The notes under the pieces were generated by a model. That model had not been told where the DNA came from. It was given only the letters and a program-made list of their open reading frames with translations, and did not search any database. From Acidilobaceae archaeon (lineage in GTDB: Archaea; Thermoproteota; Thermoprotei_A; Sulfolobales; Acidilobaceae): a stretch of DNA of 39,920 nucleotides. Positions within the stretch are counted from its first letter, which is position 1. Each line of letters opens with the position of its first letter. A program made the translations under genes and the position numbers. Below, one piece after another: positions 18,303 to 28,210 of this stretch. The DNA lies in assembly GCA_027081695.1 (NCBI GenBank), contig JALWJI010000153.1, positions 1 through 39,920 on the forward strand. The letters run 5' to 3'.

Positions 18303-19226
18303 ATGATAACCATTATAGGAGCAGGAAAAGTCGGTACCTCGGCGGCCGCCTTCATGATGATAAAGGAACTCGATGATATCCTTCTAATAGATATAATTGA
18401 AAACAAGCCTCAGGGAGAAGCACTCGATCTAAGCCACGCCGCATCTATTCTCGGCCTAAGTGTATCAATAACCGGATCAAACGACTTCAAGGACATGGCA
18501 GGAAGCGACGTCGTTGTGGTAACAGCAGGCTTCCCAAGAAAGCCAGGTATGACGAGAGAAGAACTCCTAACAAAGAACGCAGGTATTATCGCCGATATCG
18601 CAGAAAAAATAAAAGAATACGCGCCTAACGCTATTGTATTGCTCACAACAAACCCACTAGACGCTATGACCTATGTAATGTACAAGAAACTAGGATTCCC
18701 AAGAGAAAGAGTAATAGGATTCAGCGGCGTACTAGACGCCGGTAGACTAGCATACTATGCGTCAAAGAAGCTCGGTGTAAGCCCTGCATCTATAACACCA
18801 ATAGTCCTTGGCATGCACGGCCAAGCAATGTTCCCAGTCCCAAGGCTCTCGACCGTTATGGGAGCACCACTAACAACACTCCTATCAGAGGAAGAACTAA
18901 AAGAAATAACAGAGGAAACAGTCAAAGCAGGCGCAACAGTAACAAAGCTAAGAGGATACAGTAGCAACTATGGCCCCGGCAGTGGTCTCGCAGTAATGGT
19001 TGAGGCAATAAAGAAAGACCAGCACAAGGCCTTCATCGCTAGCGTATATCTACAGGGAGAATACGGCTACAATGACCTAGTACTCGAGGTCCCAATAATA
19101 CTAGGAAGAAAGGGACTCGAGAGAATAATCGAACTACCACTAACAGAGGAAGAAAAGAAGGGACTCGACGAAAGCGCACAAGCAGTCAAGAACCTAATAG
19201 AAAAACTACCACCCGAATACAAGTAA
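18303..19226 (+). CDS. mdh: Malate dehydrogenase (LDH-like)
   Basis: IIGAGKVG, GEALDL, TAGFPRKPGMTRE, TNPLD, VLDAGR and MHG. Confidence 0.94.
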   Translation: MITIIGAGKVGTSAAAFMMIKELDDILLIDIIENKPQGEALDLSHAASILGLSVSITGSNDFKDMAGSDVVVVTAGFPRKPGMTREELLTKNAGIIADIAEKIKEYAPNAIVLLTTNPLDAMTYVMYKKLGFPRERVIGFSGVLDAGRLAYYASKKLGVSPASITPIVLGMHGQAMFPVPRLSTVMGAPLTTLLSEEELKEITEETVKAGATVTKLRGYSSNYGPGSGLAVMVEAIKKDQHKAFIASVYLQGEYGYNDLVLEVPIILGRKGLERIIELPLTEEEKKGLDESAQAVKNLIEKLPPEYK

Positions 19227-19270
19227 CATTAAATTACCAGCTTCTTTCCCTTAACATATTTCTATATAAA

Positions 19271-19528
19271 TTATTCCTCTTTTGGTTCTGCTCCAAGATA
19301 TTTACGGGCTAAATAATCTACGTCTTCTCCTTCGGCTTCTCTAATTCTGGGATGAAGCGTATTGACGAGTTCGAATAGCCTGTCTATTTCCTTTCTTGGC
19401 AGAGGGATAATATACCCGTCATAGTCCTCGAGAAATATCTTGTAGATCTTTCTTCTATAGTCGACGACGAGCCTAAAACATGGATATTCCGGGCATTGAC
19501 TAACCTGCCCCACTCCGCCTTTCGACAT
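19271..19528 (-). CDS. Hypothetical protein (85 aa)
   Basis: ORF overlapping the end of the upstream AIR-synthase-like gene; A/C-ending codons like the rest of the operon. Confidence 0.65.
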   Translation of the reverse strand: MSKGGVGQVSQCPEYPCFRLVVDYRRKIYKIFLEDYDGYIIPLPRKEIDRLFELVNTLHPRIREAEGEDVDYLARKYLGAEPKEE

Positions 19529-20570
19529 GCTTGCTCCACACCCTGCTAATTTCATCTATTGGCGGCTCTACAAATCTCTTTACAGTATCATCCTCAAGCA
19601 CAAGATCCACACCACACTCTTCCGGATTGGAACATTTTCTCATAGCTTTACCTATTATAGACACCTGGAATCCATGTTTTTCAAGAACTTCTATTGCTTC
19701 ATTTATTTTATCCGGTGGAATTCCGGCTAAAAGAGTCCCACTACTTATTAGTTTCAATGGATCGAGTCCTAGGCAACTGCTGAGTTTTCTGACTGCTGAA
19801 TTAACTAGTATTTTGTTCTTGTACACTGTTATGTTTGTTTTAGCGGCTTTCGCCATTTCTACTAATGCCCCTATTATCCCGCCTTCTGTGGCGTCATGCA
19901 TTGATGAGACCAATTGGTTTTCGGCTAGTAGACATGCCGGTTTAACTATGCTCAAGTCCCTGGCATCTATATGCAGATTACTGATTTCGGCTTCTCCTAA
20001 CTCGCATTCTTTTACGAGCGCGGGGAAGTCTGTTATTATTATTGATGCTCCTTCTCGTGCGGCTTCTCCTATTTGTATAATATAGTGGTTCTCGCTAAGA
20101 TTGCTGGTAGGTATACTACATCCCGGACATGTTATTCCTATCATTGTTACTATGAGTGTTGGTTTTGTTATTCCTGGACTGGTCTCTGTATGGCCTCCGA
20201 CAATATCTATATCTAGCATCCTCGATGTTTCTTGTATTTCTTGTATTAGTTGTTTGAGGGATTCTAATTCGTAGCCCTCGGGTAATAATAGTGTTAATAC
20301 AGCGTGTGTGGGACATGCTCCAGAGGCGGCTATATCATTGGATGCTACTATAATTGAGAGTTTGCCGGCGCCTGCGACAGCTTCTGTTATAGGATCCGAG
20401 TGGATTAAGAGATCGCAGCATGAGAGCCTTATGATAGCTGTATCTTCTCCTATCCCGGGACCTATAATGGTGTCTGGAGCAACTGCTCCTCTTATTCTTC
20501 TCAGTACTAGGTTTGAAAGAGTGTTTAATGGTAGTTTGCCTATTGGGAGTTTACCATTTTTCTCTGGCAA
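19500..20570 (-). CDS. AIR synthase (PurM/HypE-like) superfamily protein
   Basis: [41 protein letters not shown] and DPLKLISSG. Confidence 0.9.
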   Translation of the reverse strand: MPEKNGKLPIGKLPLNTLSNLVLRRIRGAVAPDTIIGPGIGEDTAIIRLSCCDLLIHSDPITEAVAGAGKLSIIVASNDIAASGACPTHAVLTLLLPEGYELESLKQLIQEIQETSRMLDIDIVGGHTETSPGITKPTLIVTMIGITCPGCSIPTSNLSENHYIIQIGEAAREGASIIITDFPALVKECELGEAEISNLHIDARDLSIVKPACLLAENQLVSSMHDATEGGIIGALVEMAKAAKTNITVYKNKILVNSAVRKLSSCLGLDPLKLISSGTLLAGIPPDKINEAIEVLEKHGFQVSIIGKAMRKCSNPEECGVDLVLEDDTVKRFVEPPIDEISRVWSKHVERRSGAG

Positions 20571-21543
20571 TTTTGGCGGCCTCTACCATATTCTTGAGTT
20601 TTTGTCTAGCGATCTCTCTAGGAAGTCTTTTTAGGCCACAGTCTGGATCTATGTATATCTTTTCGGGCGATAGTATTCCAAGATTCATTATTTTTTCTAT
20701 ATCTTCTACTATCTCGTCCACTGATTCTATCTGTGTTGTGTGTACGTCTATTACACCGTATCCGAGTTCTTTATCGTATCCGTATTCCTTGAGGTATGGT
20801 AATAGTCTGAAATTACTGTTCTTGAACTCTAGGTCGAATTGGTCTACAGGGAATTCTAATATATATGGTAGAATATATTCGATTTTTCCGAAGCATATGT
20901 GTACTATTTTCTTTACATCTAGGCCGTATAGCATTATTTTCAGTGCTTCTTTCACTATGTCTGCTTCTTCTTTCCATGGACGTGTAGAGAGAGCCGGCTC
21001 GTCTATTTGTATGTATTTGGCGCCTGCATTCACGAGTGCTTCTATTTCTTTTCGGAGTTCTTTGGCTAAGTCTATTATTGCTTCTCTCCTATCTCCATAG
21101 TATAGGTCGAAGCTCCATTCTAGCATGGTGTATGGGCCTGTCAGTATTCCTTTTACTGGACGGCCTTCTGCGAAAGATGAGGCAATTTTCCAGTCTTCTA
21201 CTGTTAGCGGTTCAGGCCATTCGACTTTTCCATAGATTATAGGCTTTCTAAAGTAGACGTTGTCAAATATTCGTGTCCATTCACCCGGCATATAGCCATT
21301 CATTCTCTCTGCAAAGTATACTACCATGTCTTCTCTGGTCTGTTCACCATCACTTATTATATCGACTCCCGCCCATAGATGGTCTTCTACTACGCCTCTA
21401 ATCGCTTCGACGAAGAGATCTCTTAGCTCATCTGGAGTTGCTTGTTTTTTACGTATTTTCCTGAGGGCCTGTTTTGCCGGTTCAAGTTTGGGATAGCTAC
21501 CCACGACTGTCGTTGGGAACTTCCTCGGTACTTGGTACTCCAC
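20551..21543 (-). CDS. metE: Cobalamin-independent methionine synthase, catalytic (C-terminal) subunit of split MetE
   Basis: [29 protein letters not shown], Zn ligands HIC, E and PDCGL. Confidence 0.92.
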   Translation of the reverse strand: MEYQVPRKFPTTVVGSYPKLEPAKQALRKIRKKQATPDELRDLFVEAIRGVVEDHLWAGVDIISDGEQTREDMVVYFAERMNGYMPGEWTRIFDNVYFRKPIIYGKVEWPEPLTVEDWKIASSFAEGRPVKGILTGPYTMLEWSFDLYYGDRREAIIDLAKELRKEIEALVNAGAKYIQIDEPALSTRPWKEEADIVKEALKIMLYGLDVKKIVHICFGKIEYILPYILEFPVDQFDLEFKNSNFRLLPYLKEYGYDKELGYGVIDVHTTQIESVDEIVEDIEKIMNLGILSPEKIYIDPDCGLKRLPREIARQKLKNMVEAAKIAREKW

Positions 21544-21550
21544 TTTCCTT

Positions 21551-22552
21551 TCACCTCCAGAGAATCCTTTTCTCCAAGCCTAGTTTCTCTGAAACTATGT
21601 CTACAAACTTGGAAAGTATCTTAGTCTTCTTGAGAGCATATGTGTATGGTATAAGGTCTAGCCATGTGGTAGTTGTCAACACGATTTCCTGAGATTCTTT
21701 TGAAAGTTTTTTGATCATAGTTAATAGCTCTTCGTCTAGTTTATCTTCGTGGATTCTTCTCGCATCAACTATTCCTAAGACAGGTACATGACCCGGCAAA
21801 CCCGTTTTTCCTAATAATTCAATTGCTCTTCTCTTAGAGTCTATAACATCTACTGATATGTATTTGAACTTAGATTCGAGAACTACGTCGAACACTTCTT
21901 TTTGTGGTACATCGAAGTATATTGCTATTGCAGAGTTTTCACTACTGAGACTTGCTATTTCGTTCCAATAGTCTAGATACTCTTCTACCTCCTCCTTTGA
22001 TAGTCTTCTATCGCCGACAAGAGGTTCGTCTACTTGAATAAACACATTTTCTTCTTTAACTAGCTCTATCTCTGATTTGAGTATTGATGTTATTGCTTCC
22101 GCTAGTTCTGTTTTTGAAAGATCCGATACGTTCTGGCTCAAGTTTACGAATGTAAAGGGTCCCGGTAACACTATTTTCAGGCTCGATGGCTCGGCTAGAT
22201 CCTTGAATTGTCTTATTCTTGGTAACCATACTGGCTCTAAGGGGTCAGGCTCACCCGTGAACACGGGAATCCTATAGAAGAAGTTGTTGTCGAAGTATCG
22301 GAGGAGACCGTTAACGCTTACGTTCTTCCACCTCATTATAAATGGCCTGAATATGTCGTGCCAATCCACCATGCCGTCGACCACTATTGGTAATCCATGC
22401 GCTTTTTGGACTCCGATTATTTCCGAGTGAATAATCAGTAGCCTAGATGTATATTGCGAGAAGTCTAGGGTTCCTCTTTCCCTATCTCTTAGAGTGTATC
22501 TTGCAAGTCTGGACCTTGGATAAGCCCCCAGCACCATGCCCCATACGGTCAC
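21551..22552 (-). CDS. MetE N-terminal-like subunit of split methionine synthase
   Basis: [27 protein letters not shown] and IQVDEP; lacks the Zn ligands; directly upstream of the catalytic half. Confidence 0.88.
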   Translation of the reverse strand: MTVWGMVLGAYPRSRLARYTLRDRERGTLDFSQYTSRLLIIHSEIIGVQKAHGLPIVVDGMVDWHDIFRPFIMRWKNVSVNGLLRYFDNNFFYRIPVFTGEPDPLEPVWLPRIRQFKDLAEPSSLKIVLPGPFTFVNLSQNVSDLSKTELAEAITSILKSEIELVKEENVFIQVDEPLVGDRRLSKEEVEEYLDYWNEIASLSSENSAIAIYFDVPQKEVFDVVLESKFKYISVDVIDSKRRAIELLGKTGLPGHVPVLGIVDARRIHEDKLDEELLTMIKKLSKESQEIVLTTTTWLDLIPYTYALKKTKILSKFVDIVSEKLGLEKRILWR

Positions 22553-23061
22553 TTCTTTACACCCTTACTGAAATATGCAAGTATAACCTCCTCCATAAGT
22601 TTGTGATGGTATCTTTCCTCGCAGATAATCTCATCTACGATTCTATCAACAATTCTCGCTTGAGGCTCTGGAAACATGTCCTTAATAATGTTAAAGATCA
22701 TTGAATGATAAATCTCCTCACTCATAGAGTTCTCTGCTTTCTTTAACTCTCTTAGTACACGATCTACATTTATTTTGTCTAGCTCCGTCGACTCAATAAA
22801 AGAAACTAGTTTCTCTAGTGACTCATATGTAGAACCTATGAGTTTCTGGCAGTTCTCGGGCTTAAATTGAAGACTTAGAACTTGGCTAACATCTCTTAAT
22901 AACGATGCGTGATTCAGGCTCTCACGTGCTATGTGTTTAAGAGTAAGAGCTTCTGGATACTCTAGTTTATCTGCTAGTTTACTGTAGACTTTTGCAATGT
23001 ATTCTTCCAATTTTATAGAACAACTTATAATTCTAGCAACTAGATCTTCTCCTTCAATCAC
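22549..23061 (-). CDS. Ferritin-like / rubrerythrin-domain protein
   Basis: Four-helix di-metal pattern LEE...Y, ESLNH, EEIY and EERYH; GTG 23061 with GGTG SD (the ORF track starts it at 23109). Confidence 0.75.
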   Translation of the reverse strand: MIEGEDLVARIISCSIKLEEYIAKVYSKLADKLEYPEALTLKHIARESLNHASLLRDVSQVLSLQFKPENCQKLIGSTYESLEKLVSFIESTELDKINVDRVLRELKKAENSMSEEIYHSMIFNIIKDMFPEPQARIVDRIVDEIICEERYHHKLMEEVILAYFSKGVKK

Positions 23062-23227
23062 TGAAATACACCAAGAGAGATTATTAGAGGACGTTGAATA
23101 TAACTTCACCGCGAAGGAGTCTTAAAACCAAGTATATTTCTGTATAGTATTGCTTATCCTATAGTCACATAAACATATACATTTCATCCCAGTATAATTA
23201 CGTTCAAATCTAAAACATATATTACTT

Positions 23228-23240
23228 TGATAAATTATCA
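23228..23240. promoter_or_regulatory. Perfect 6-1-6 palindrome TGATAA-A-TTATCA, candidate transcription-factor site
   Basis: Lies in the divergent region between the ferritin-like gene and the ABC permease. Confidence 0.35.
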
Positions 23241-23292
23241 TATTCTCGATAAATTCGAACCTATCAAAACACCTAGCCCAGGACTGATTAAA

Positions 23293-25560
23293 TTGACACT
23301 ATTTAGAGCCTCATTAAGGATACTTACCAGAAGGAAGATTGAGAGCATAGTTTTCACCACAATTATCCTTCTAGGCGTCCTTGGTATTGCAACAATAAAG
23401 CTTGCGGCCGATTATAGTCTTGAACTTGCCGGCAAAGGATGGAGCGTTGAAGTCGGCAATATCATAATAATAGGAGATATTCCATACAATGTTGCTGAAT
23501 CTCTAACTGGTCTTCCAGATATAGCTGAGCTTAAACTAATTAGAACCAAGACATCCATTGCTTTTCACGATACGGAACCCTTATCTATCACATTTGTTTA
23601 TAATCCTACAAGTTCCCCGCCTATAGGATATCTTATAGATCAAGAGGGCTCAGTTATAATTTATAGCGTGGACGGAAGAGAAGCTGATCTAGAGCCGGGA
23701 GACTCCATAACCATACCGGACTATGGGCCTCTCACAATAGATGGAAACGCGAGTGGCATTGTCACTATAAGTGGAGGAACTGATATAACAATAATTGTCC
23801 CCTTAGATATCTTTAACGAGCTACCTGGAGAAGAAGTTGATATATTGGCTGTAATAGCCTCACCTAGCACGAATGTAACTAATTTAGCGCGTACGTTATA
23901 TCAAAATATAGTCTCAAAAGGTGGAAGTGTTGATTCTATTAATATTCAAACAGAAGAAGATAATCCTGCTGAGGCTCCTATGAAGAGTATGGCGTTAGCT
24001 TTCGAGGTCTTTATCGGAACAGCCTTGATCACCGGAGCTCTACTTATTGCTGGTAGCGAGATGACACTATTAGAAAGGGATCTTAGAGAGTTAGGTGTTC
24101 TGAAGGCTTTGGGAGCCGGAAAGAAAGAGATCGTAGCTTATTACTCAGGCTATAATATTATGCGTGGTGTAATAGGATCCTTGCTCGGTATTATGTTTTC
24201 CATTCCTTTATCTCGTTATCTTGTAATATGGGGATCTAAACAAGCCGGATCCTCTACAATGGAGATACTTATGCAACATTACCCATATACGCCTAGTATG
24301 AGTGTTATAGTTTCAATAGGGCTGTTTTCTGTCGGTATAATTTTATTGTTTTCCATTGTTCCACCTCTAGTTCTCTCCAGAATAAATACTGTTCAAGCGC
24401 TAAGATTTACAGGATTATCTTATCGCTTTAGGACTCTAAAGATAATGTATAGGAGGGTGAGAATTGCCCTTAGCATTCGACGAATCTTCTCTAGGCCTTG
24501 GACTACTATTTTCTTTATACTTATAATAGCCGTCTCGTGGGGAGCCACGGCATCTATACCGATGAGCATTCGAGCCGTGGATAGTATGGGTGATGAGCTA
24601 GAGACTTACGGATATACCGCTGTTATAACGTTGCCTACACAGAACCTCAATTTTTCGGAACTTCTCGAAATAGCAGATAACGTTAATGGTGTTTCAAGAT
24701 CAGAACTGTGGCTGTCGATGTGGAGAGGCGTCGAGATTTTTAACGAAACAGTCTCTACACGTACCTGTCTTTTAGGAGATTGGGCGCTGGGGCCCGGCTT
24801 AATTAATGGCCGTTGGCCTAGTAAGGGCGAGATCGTTGTATCGGAGACTATGGCTAGACTATATGATCTGGGTCTTGGAGATATCGTTTATGTGAAGAAT
24901 TCTAAAGGTCAGATGCTAGAATTACGTATTTCGGGGATCGTGTCTACTCACGAGAATGCTGGAAAAATAGTGTTTTTGAATAAACAGGACTATATCGCTT
25001 TGCTGGGAGAAAGATATCTGTACTTGAGGATCTTGTCAACAGACAGTGGAGATATTGTTGGAGAGAGCGTTGTACAGAGTCTCCTCGAGAATGGTATACC
25101 TGCCAGTCTTGCCTATACAAAGGATGATCTAATAAAGCAACAGGAGCAGGGAACAGTGTTCTTCAGAACATTTTTATCCATAATAAATATCTCGACACTC
25201 ATTACCGGGTTTGCTGGTCTCACCATGCTTTCCTTGGTAGATATGGCGGGGCGTCTTAAAGAAATTGGTGTATTAAGGAGCATAGGATTTACTAATCATG
25301 AGCTATCGGTTGATCTTGTTCTTGGCACTCTTATTGCTATAGTATTCGCGGCGCCAGTATCATATGTCGTGGCCTTGCTCATCTCATCATCTCTATTAAG
25401 GTTAATGGTTGATGCACTCGGTTTTCTCGAACCTATTCCTAGTATAATTGATTTGGCTAACACTGGGTGGGTTATTCTTCTTGCCCTCTTTTTCGTCTAT
25501 CTAATTAGCTTGGTTTATCTGAGAAGGCAGAGAACCTCTGATCTGCTCCGGGTCGAGTAG
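23293..25560 (+). CDS. ABC transporter permease, FtsX/MacB family (duplicated halves)
   Basis: RELGVLKALGA and KEIGVLRSIGF motifs, about 8 TM segments, GRWP; start 23293 or 23227. Confidence 0.9.
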   Translation: MTLFRASLRILTRRKIESIVFTTIILLGVLGIATIKLAADYSLELAGKGWSVEVGNIIIIGDIPYNVAESLTGLPDIAELKLIRTKTSIAFHDTEPLSITFVYNPTSSPPIGYLIDQEGSVIIYSVDGREADLEPGDSITIPDYGPLTIDGNASGIVTISGGTDITIIVPLDIFNELPGEEVDILAVIASPSTNVTNLARTLYQNIVSKGGSVDSINIQTEEDNPAEAPMKSMALAFEVFIGTALITGALLIAGSEMTLLERDLRELGVLKALGAGKKEIVAYYSGYNIMRGVIGSLLGIMFSIPLSRYLVIWGSKQAGSSTMEILMQHYPYTPSMSVIVSIGLFSVGIILLFSIVPPLVLSRINTVQALRFTGLSYRFRTLKIMYRRVRIALSIRRIFSRPWTTIFFILIIAVSWGATASIPMSIRAVDSMGDELETYGYTAVITLPTQNLNFSELLEIADNVNGVSRSELWLSMWRGVEIFNETVSTRTCLLGDWALGPGLINGRWPSKGEIVVSETMARLYDLGLGDIVYVKNSKGQMLELRISGIVSTHENAGKIVFLNKQDYIALLGERYLYLRILSTDSGDIVGESVVQSLLENGIPASLAYTKDDLIKQQEQGTVFFRTFLSIINISTLITGFAGLTMLSLVDMAGRLKEIGVLRSIGFTNHELSVDLVLGTLIAIVFAAPVSYVVALLISSSLLRLMVDALGFLEPIPSIIDLANTGWVILLALFFVYLISLVYLRRQRTSDLLRVE

Positions 25561-25575
25561 TCGAGGTGTAGAGCT

Positions 25576-26271
25576 GTGGCTGAATACTCTATAGTGTTTA
25601 GAGACGTCTGGAAAATCTATCGTGGAAACGGGATCGATTATCCCGCGCTACGAGGAGTCAACTTTGTCGTTGAGAAGGGAGAGCTCGTTGCATTACAGGG
25701 TCCCTCAGGCAGTGGGAAAACTACTGTAATCTATCTTGCCGGCGGCTTGGATACACCTACTAGAGGAGAAGTTATTGTAAATAGTGAGAATCTTAGTAGA
25801 CTCTCCGAAGGAAAACGGGCTAAGTGGAGGAGGAGAAATGTTGGTATAGTGTTTCAATTCTTTCATCTTGTCCCCACCCTAACTGTTCTTGAAAACGTTA
25901 TTCTCCCAATGGAATTAGCAGAATATCCGCCAAAGGAGAAACGATTAGAGAGAGCCGAGGAGCTCTTAGAGATCATAGGTATGAAGAATAAGAGAGAGAA
26001 ATTTCCGAATCAACTAAGCGGCGGCGAGCAGCAGAGAGTAGCAATTGCTCGTGCCCTTGCAGCGGATCCCTATATCATACTTGCTGATGAGCCTACAGCC
26101 AATCTCGATACTAGGAATAAGCTAAAAATAATCGATCTTCTAATAGAAGCTAATCATCTCGGTAAAACAATCCTATATACTACTCATGATCCACAACTGG
26201 CTTCTAAAGCTGATAGAGTATTAAAGATAGAGGATGGAAGAATAGTCCCTTTAAATCTTAGTGGCCTGTAA
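25576..26271 (+). CDS. ABC transporter ATP-binding protein, LolD/MacB type
   Basis: GPSGSGKT, VFQFFHL, LSGGEQQRVAIARAL, ADEPTANLD and THD. Confidence 0.94.
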   Translation: MAEYSIVFRDVWKIYRGNGIDYPALRGVNFVVEKGELVALQGPSGSGKTTVIYLAGGLDTPTRGEVIVNSENLSRLSEGKRAKWRRRNVGIVFQFFHLVPTLTVLENVILPMELAEYPPKEKRLERAEELLEIIGMKNKREKFPNQLSGGEQQRVAIARALAADPYIILADEPTANLDTRNKLKIIDLLIEANHLGKTILYTTHDPQLASKADRVLKIEDGRIVPLNLSGL

Positions 26272-26291
26272 AAGGTGCCGAGATTTTTATT

Positions 26292-26369
26292 TGGTGGGCC
26301 CGCGGGGATTTGAACCCCGGACCTCCGCCGTGTCAGGGCGGCGTCCTGACCAGGCTAGACGACGGGCCC
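26292..26369 (-). tRNA. tRNA-Val(GAC)
   Basis: Reverse complement GGGCCCGTCGTCTAG...CCGCC-CT-GAC-AC-GGCGG...TTCAAATCCCCGCGGGCCCACCA. Confidence 0.96.
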
Positions 26370-26428
26370 CTGGCCCCAGACGCCAATCAAATAGGATAAA
26401 CACATCCAAGTTTAAAAGAATTAGGTGT

Positions 26429-26860
26429 CTAATTGCTTTTACAGTCTGCTTCTACAATTATGTTTACTCCATGGATCCTGAGACCTTTTTCTGATAGTTC
26501 CTGTACTAGTTTGCTCGCATATGTTTTGCTGTCTTCAAGGTCTACGAGTTGACCTGTATCCTTACAATATACGTTTACGTGGTATTCTGGTCTATCGATG
26601 TGTGTTTCACCGTTCCATTCGAAGATTCGTATCACGCCTGCTTTCTCTAGCATCTTCATGGTGTTGAATATTGTGGATATTCCTACGCGGGGTAATTGCT
26701 TCTGAACTATTGAATGTATTTCTTTAAATGATGGATGGTTCTTAACATTGTCTAGTATTATCTTTGTTATAACTATTCGTTGGGGGGTTACTCGTACGCC
26801 GATTTTTGTTAGTATGTCTATTACTTCTTCTATTTTTACTTCGTCTTGCATGGTTGACAC
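26429..26860 (-). CDS. Fur family transcriptional regulator
   Basis: GVRVTPQR, HPS, ISTIFNTMKMLEKAG winged helix, then HVNVYCKDTG. Confidence 0.88.
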   Translation of the reverse strand: MSTMQDEVKIEEVIDILTKIGVRVTPQRIVITKIILDNVKNHPSFKEIHSIVQKQLPRVGISTIFNTMKMLEKAGVIRIFEWNGETHIDRPEYHVNVYCKDTGQLVDLEDSKTYASKLVQELSEKGLRIHGVNIIVEADCKSN

Positions 26861-26927
26861 CTTTACACCTTTTGTTCTCCATATAATGTAGTGTTATCCA
26901 TGTTTATATGTTGTTATATATTCTTCT

Positions 26928-26942
26928 TGCAAATGGTTTTCA
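26928..26942. promoter_or_regulatory. Fur-box-like 7-1-7 imperfect palindrome upstream of the Fur-family gene
   Basis: Minus strand TGAAAAC-C-ATTTGCA next to BRE/TATA-like GAAGAA-TATATAA. Confidence 0.35.
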
Positions 26943-27045
26943 CTTTGCTTGTCCTTGAACCTATGTCTAAGTAGAGACATTATTAATTAGATATTCAATA
27001 AAAACTGTAGAGTTTTATAGGGAAAACTAAGTTGGATAAAGAATT

Positions 27046-28203
27046 TTATTCTTTCTTGTTCACCGTTGGAAGTCCAGATTTTACTATTTCTCTTATGCTT
27101 GGGTATCTGTAACAGGATACGTATCTTTCTGGTTTGACTTCAGAGAGTGGAGGCTCTACTACGGGGCATAATTGTTCTAGTTCTTTGTCTGTTTCCTTGT
27201 GTTGTTCATAGTAGATACATCTTGGGTGGAATCTGCATCCTGGCGGAATGAATACAGCGTTTGGCACTTCTCCTTTTATTTTTAGGTCTCTGAATTTTAG
27301 CCTGTTGGCTGGATCGGGATCTGGTATTGCGGCGATTAGTGCTTCCGTGTATGGGTGGAGGGGGTCGGCTATTACTTCTCTTGCGTCTCCCAGCTCTACG
27401 ATCTTTCCTAGATACATGACTGCGATTCTGTCACAGATGTATCTTGCTACTGCTAGGTCGTGTGTTATGAATATGAATGAGACGTCGAGTAGTGTTCTTA
27501 GATTTAAGAGTACTTCGAGGATTTCTGCTCTAATTGAGACGTCGAGCATTGAGACGGGCTCGTCTGCTATAATTAGGGAGGGGTTTCCTATTATTGCACG
27601 TGCTATTGCTACTCTTTGTCTCTGTCCTCCGCTTAACTGGTGTGGGTATCTATCAATGAATTCTTCTACGGGAGTTAGCTTGACCATTTCTAGGGCTTTC
27701 GCGATGATTTCTAGCCTTTCTTCTTTTGTTGATCCTATCTTGTGGACTAATAATACTTCTTCTAGCACGTCTTTAATGCGGAACCTTGGGTTTAGACTAC
27801 CGTATGGATCCTGGTATATCATCTGGATTTCTCTTCTCAAGGGTCTGAATTGTGAATCTTTTAGTCCGAACAGTTCTACGAATCCGTTTTCTGACTTGAC
27901 ACCCATAGCGTCGAGAATTTCAAGTGTCTCCTTACGGGGTTTGAAGAAGGCTTTTCCTGAGTGGACGGGGACTAGTCTTAATAGTGCTTTTCCTGTGGTT
28001 GTTTTTCCACAGCCGCTTTCTCCTACTAGACAAAAGATCTCTCTTTTCCTGATATTGAATGATACTCCGTCTACTGCGTGGACATAGAGTTGTGGTTTAC
28101 GCAATAGTATATCTGATATATCTCTCTTTATGGGGAACCATACCTTGAGATCTTGTACTCGAAGAATCTCTTCTCCGAGTTCTACCCTATACGCATGGCT
28201 CAT
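27046..28203 (-). CDS. Oligopeptide/dipeptide ABC transporter ATPase (OppF/DppF-like)
   Basis: GESGCGKTT, QDPYGSLNPR, LSGGQRQR, DEPVSMLD, HPYT and GCRFHPRC. Confidence 0.93.
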   Translation of the reverse strand: MSHAYRVELGEEILRVQDLKVWFPIKRDISDILLRKPQLYVHAVDGVSFNIRKREIFCLVGESGCGKTTTGKALLRLVPVHSGKAFFKPRKETLEILDAMGVKSENGFVELFGLKDSQFRPLRREIQMIYQDPYGSLNPRFRIKDVLEEVLLVHKIGSTKEERLEIIAKALEMVKLTPVEEFIDRYPHQLSGGQRQRVAIARAIIGNPSLIIADEPVSMLDVSIRAEILEVLLNLRTLLDVSFIFITHDLAVARYICDRIAVMYLGKIVELGDAREVIADPLHPYTEALIAAIPDPDPANRLKFRDLKIKGEVPNAVFIPPGCRFHPRCIYYEQHKETDKELEQLCPVVEPPLSEVKPERYVSCYRYPSIREIVKSGLPTVNKKE

Positions 28204-28210
28204 CTATAAT

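Noticed and set aside
22549..26369. Genomic island integrated at the tRNA-Val 3' end (ABC pair and ferritin-like gene)
   Set aside because: No duplicated tRNA 3' end (att site) and no integrase were found; the codon difference can be explained by regional skew.
26261..26494. 77-aa ORF on the + strand
   Set aside because: It is the antisense reading of tRNA-Val.
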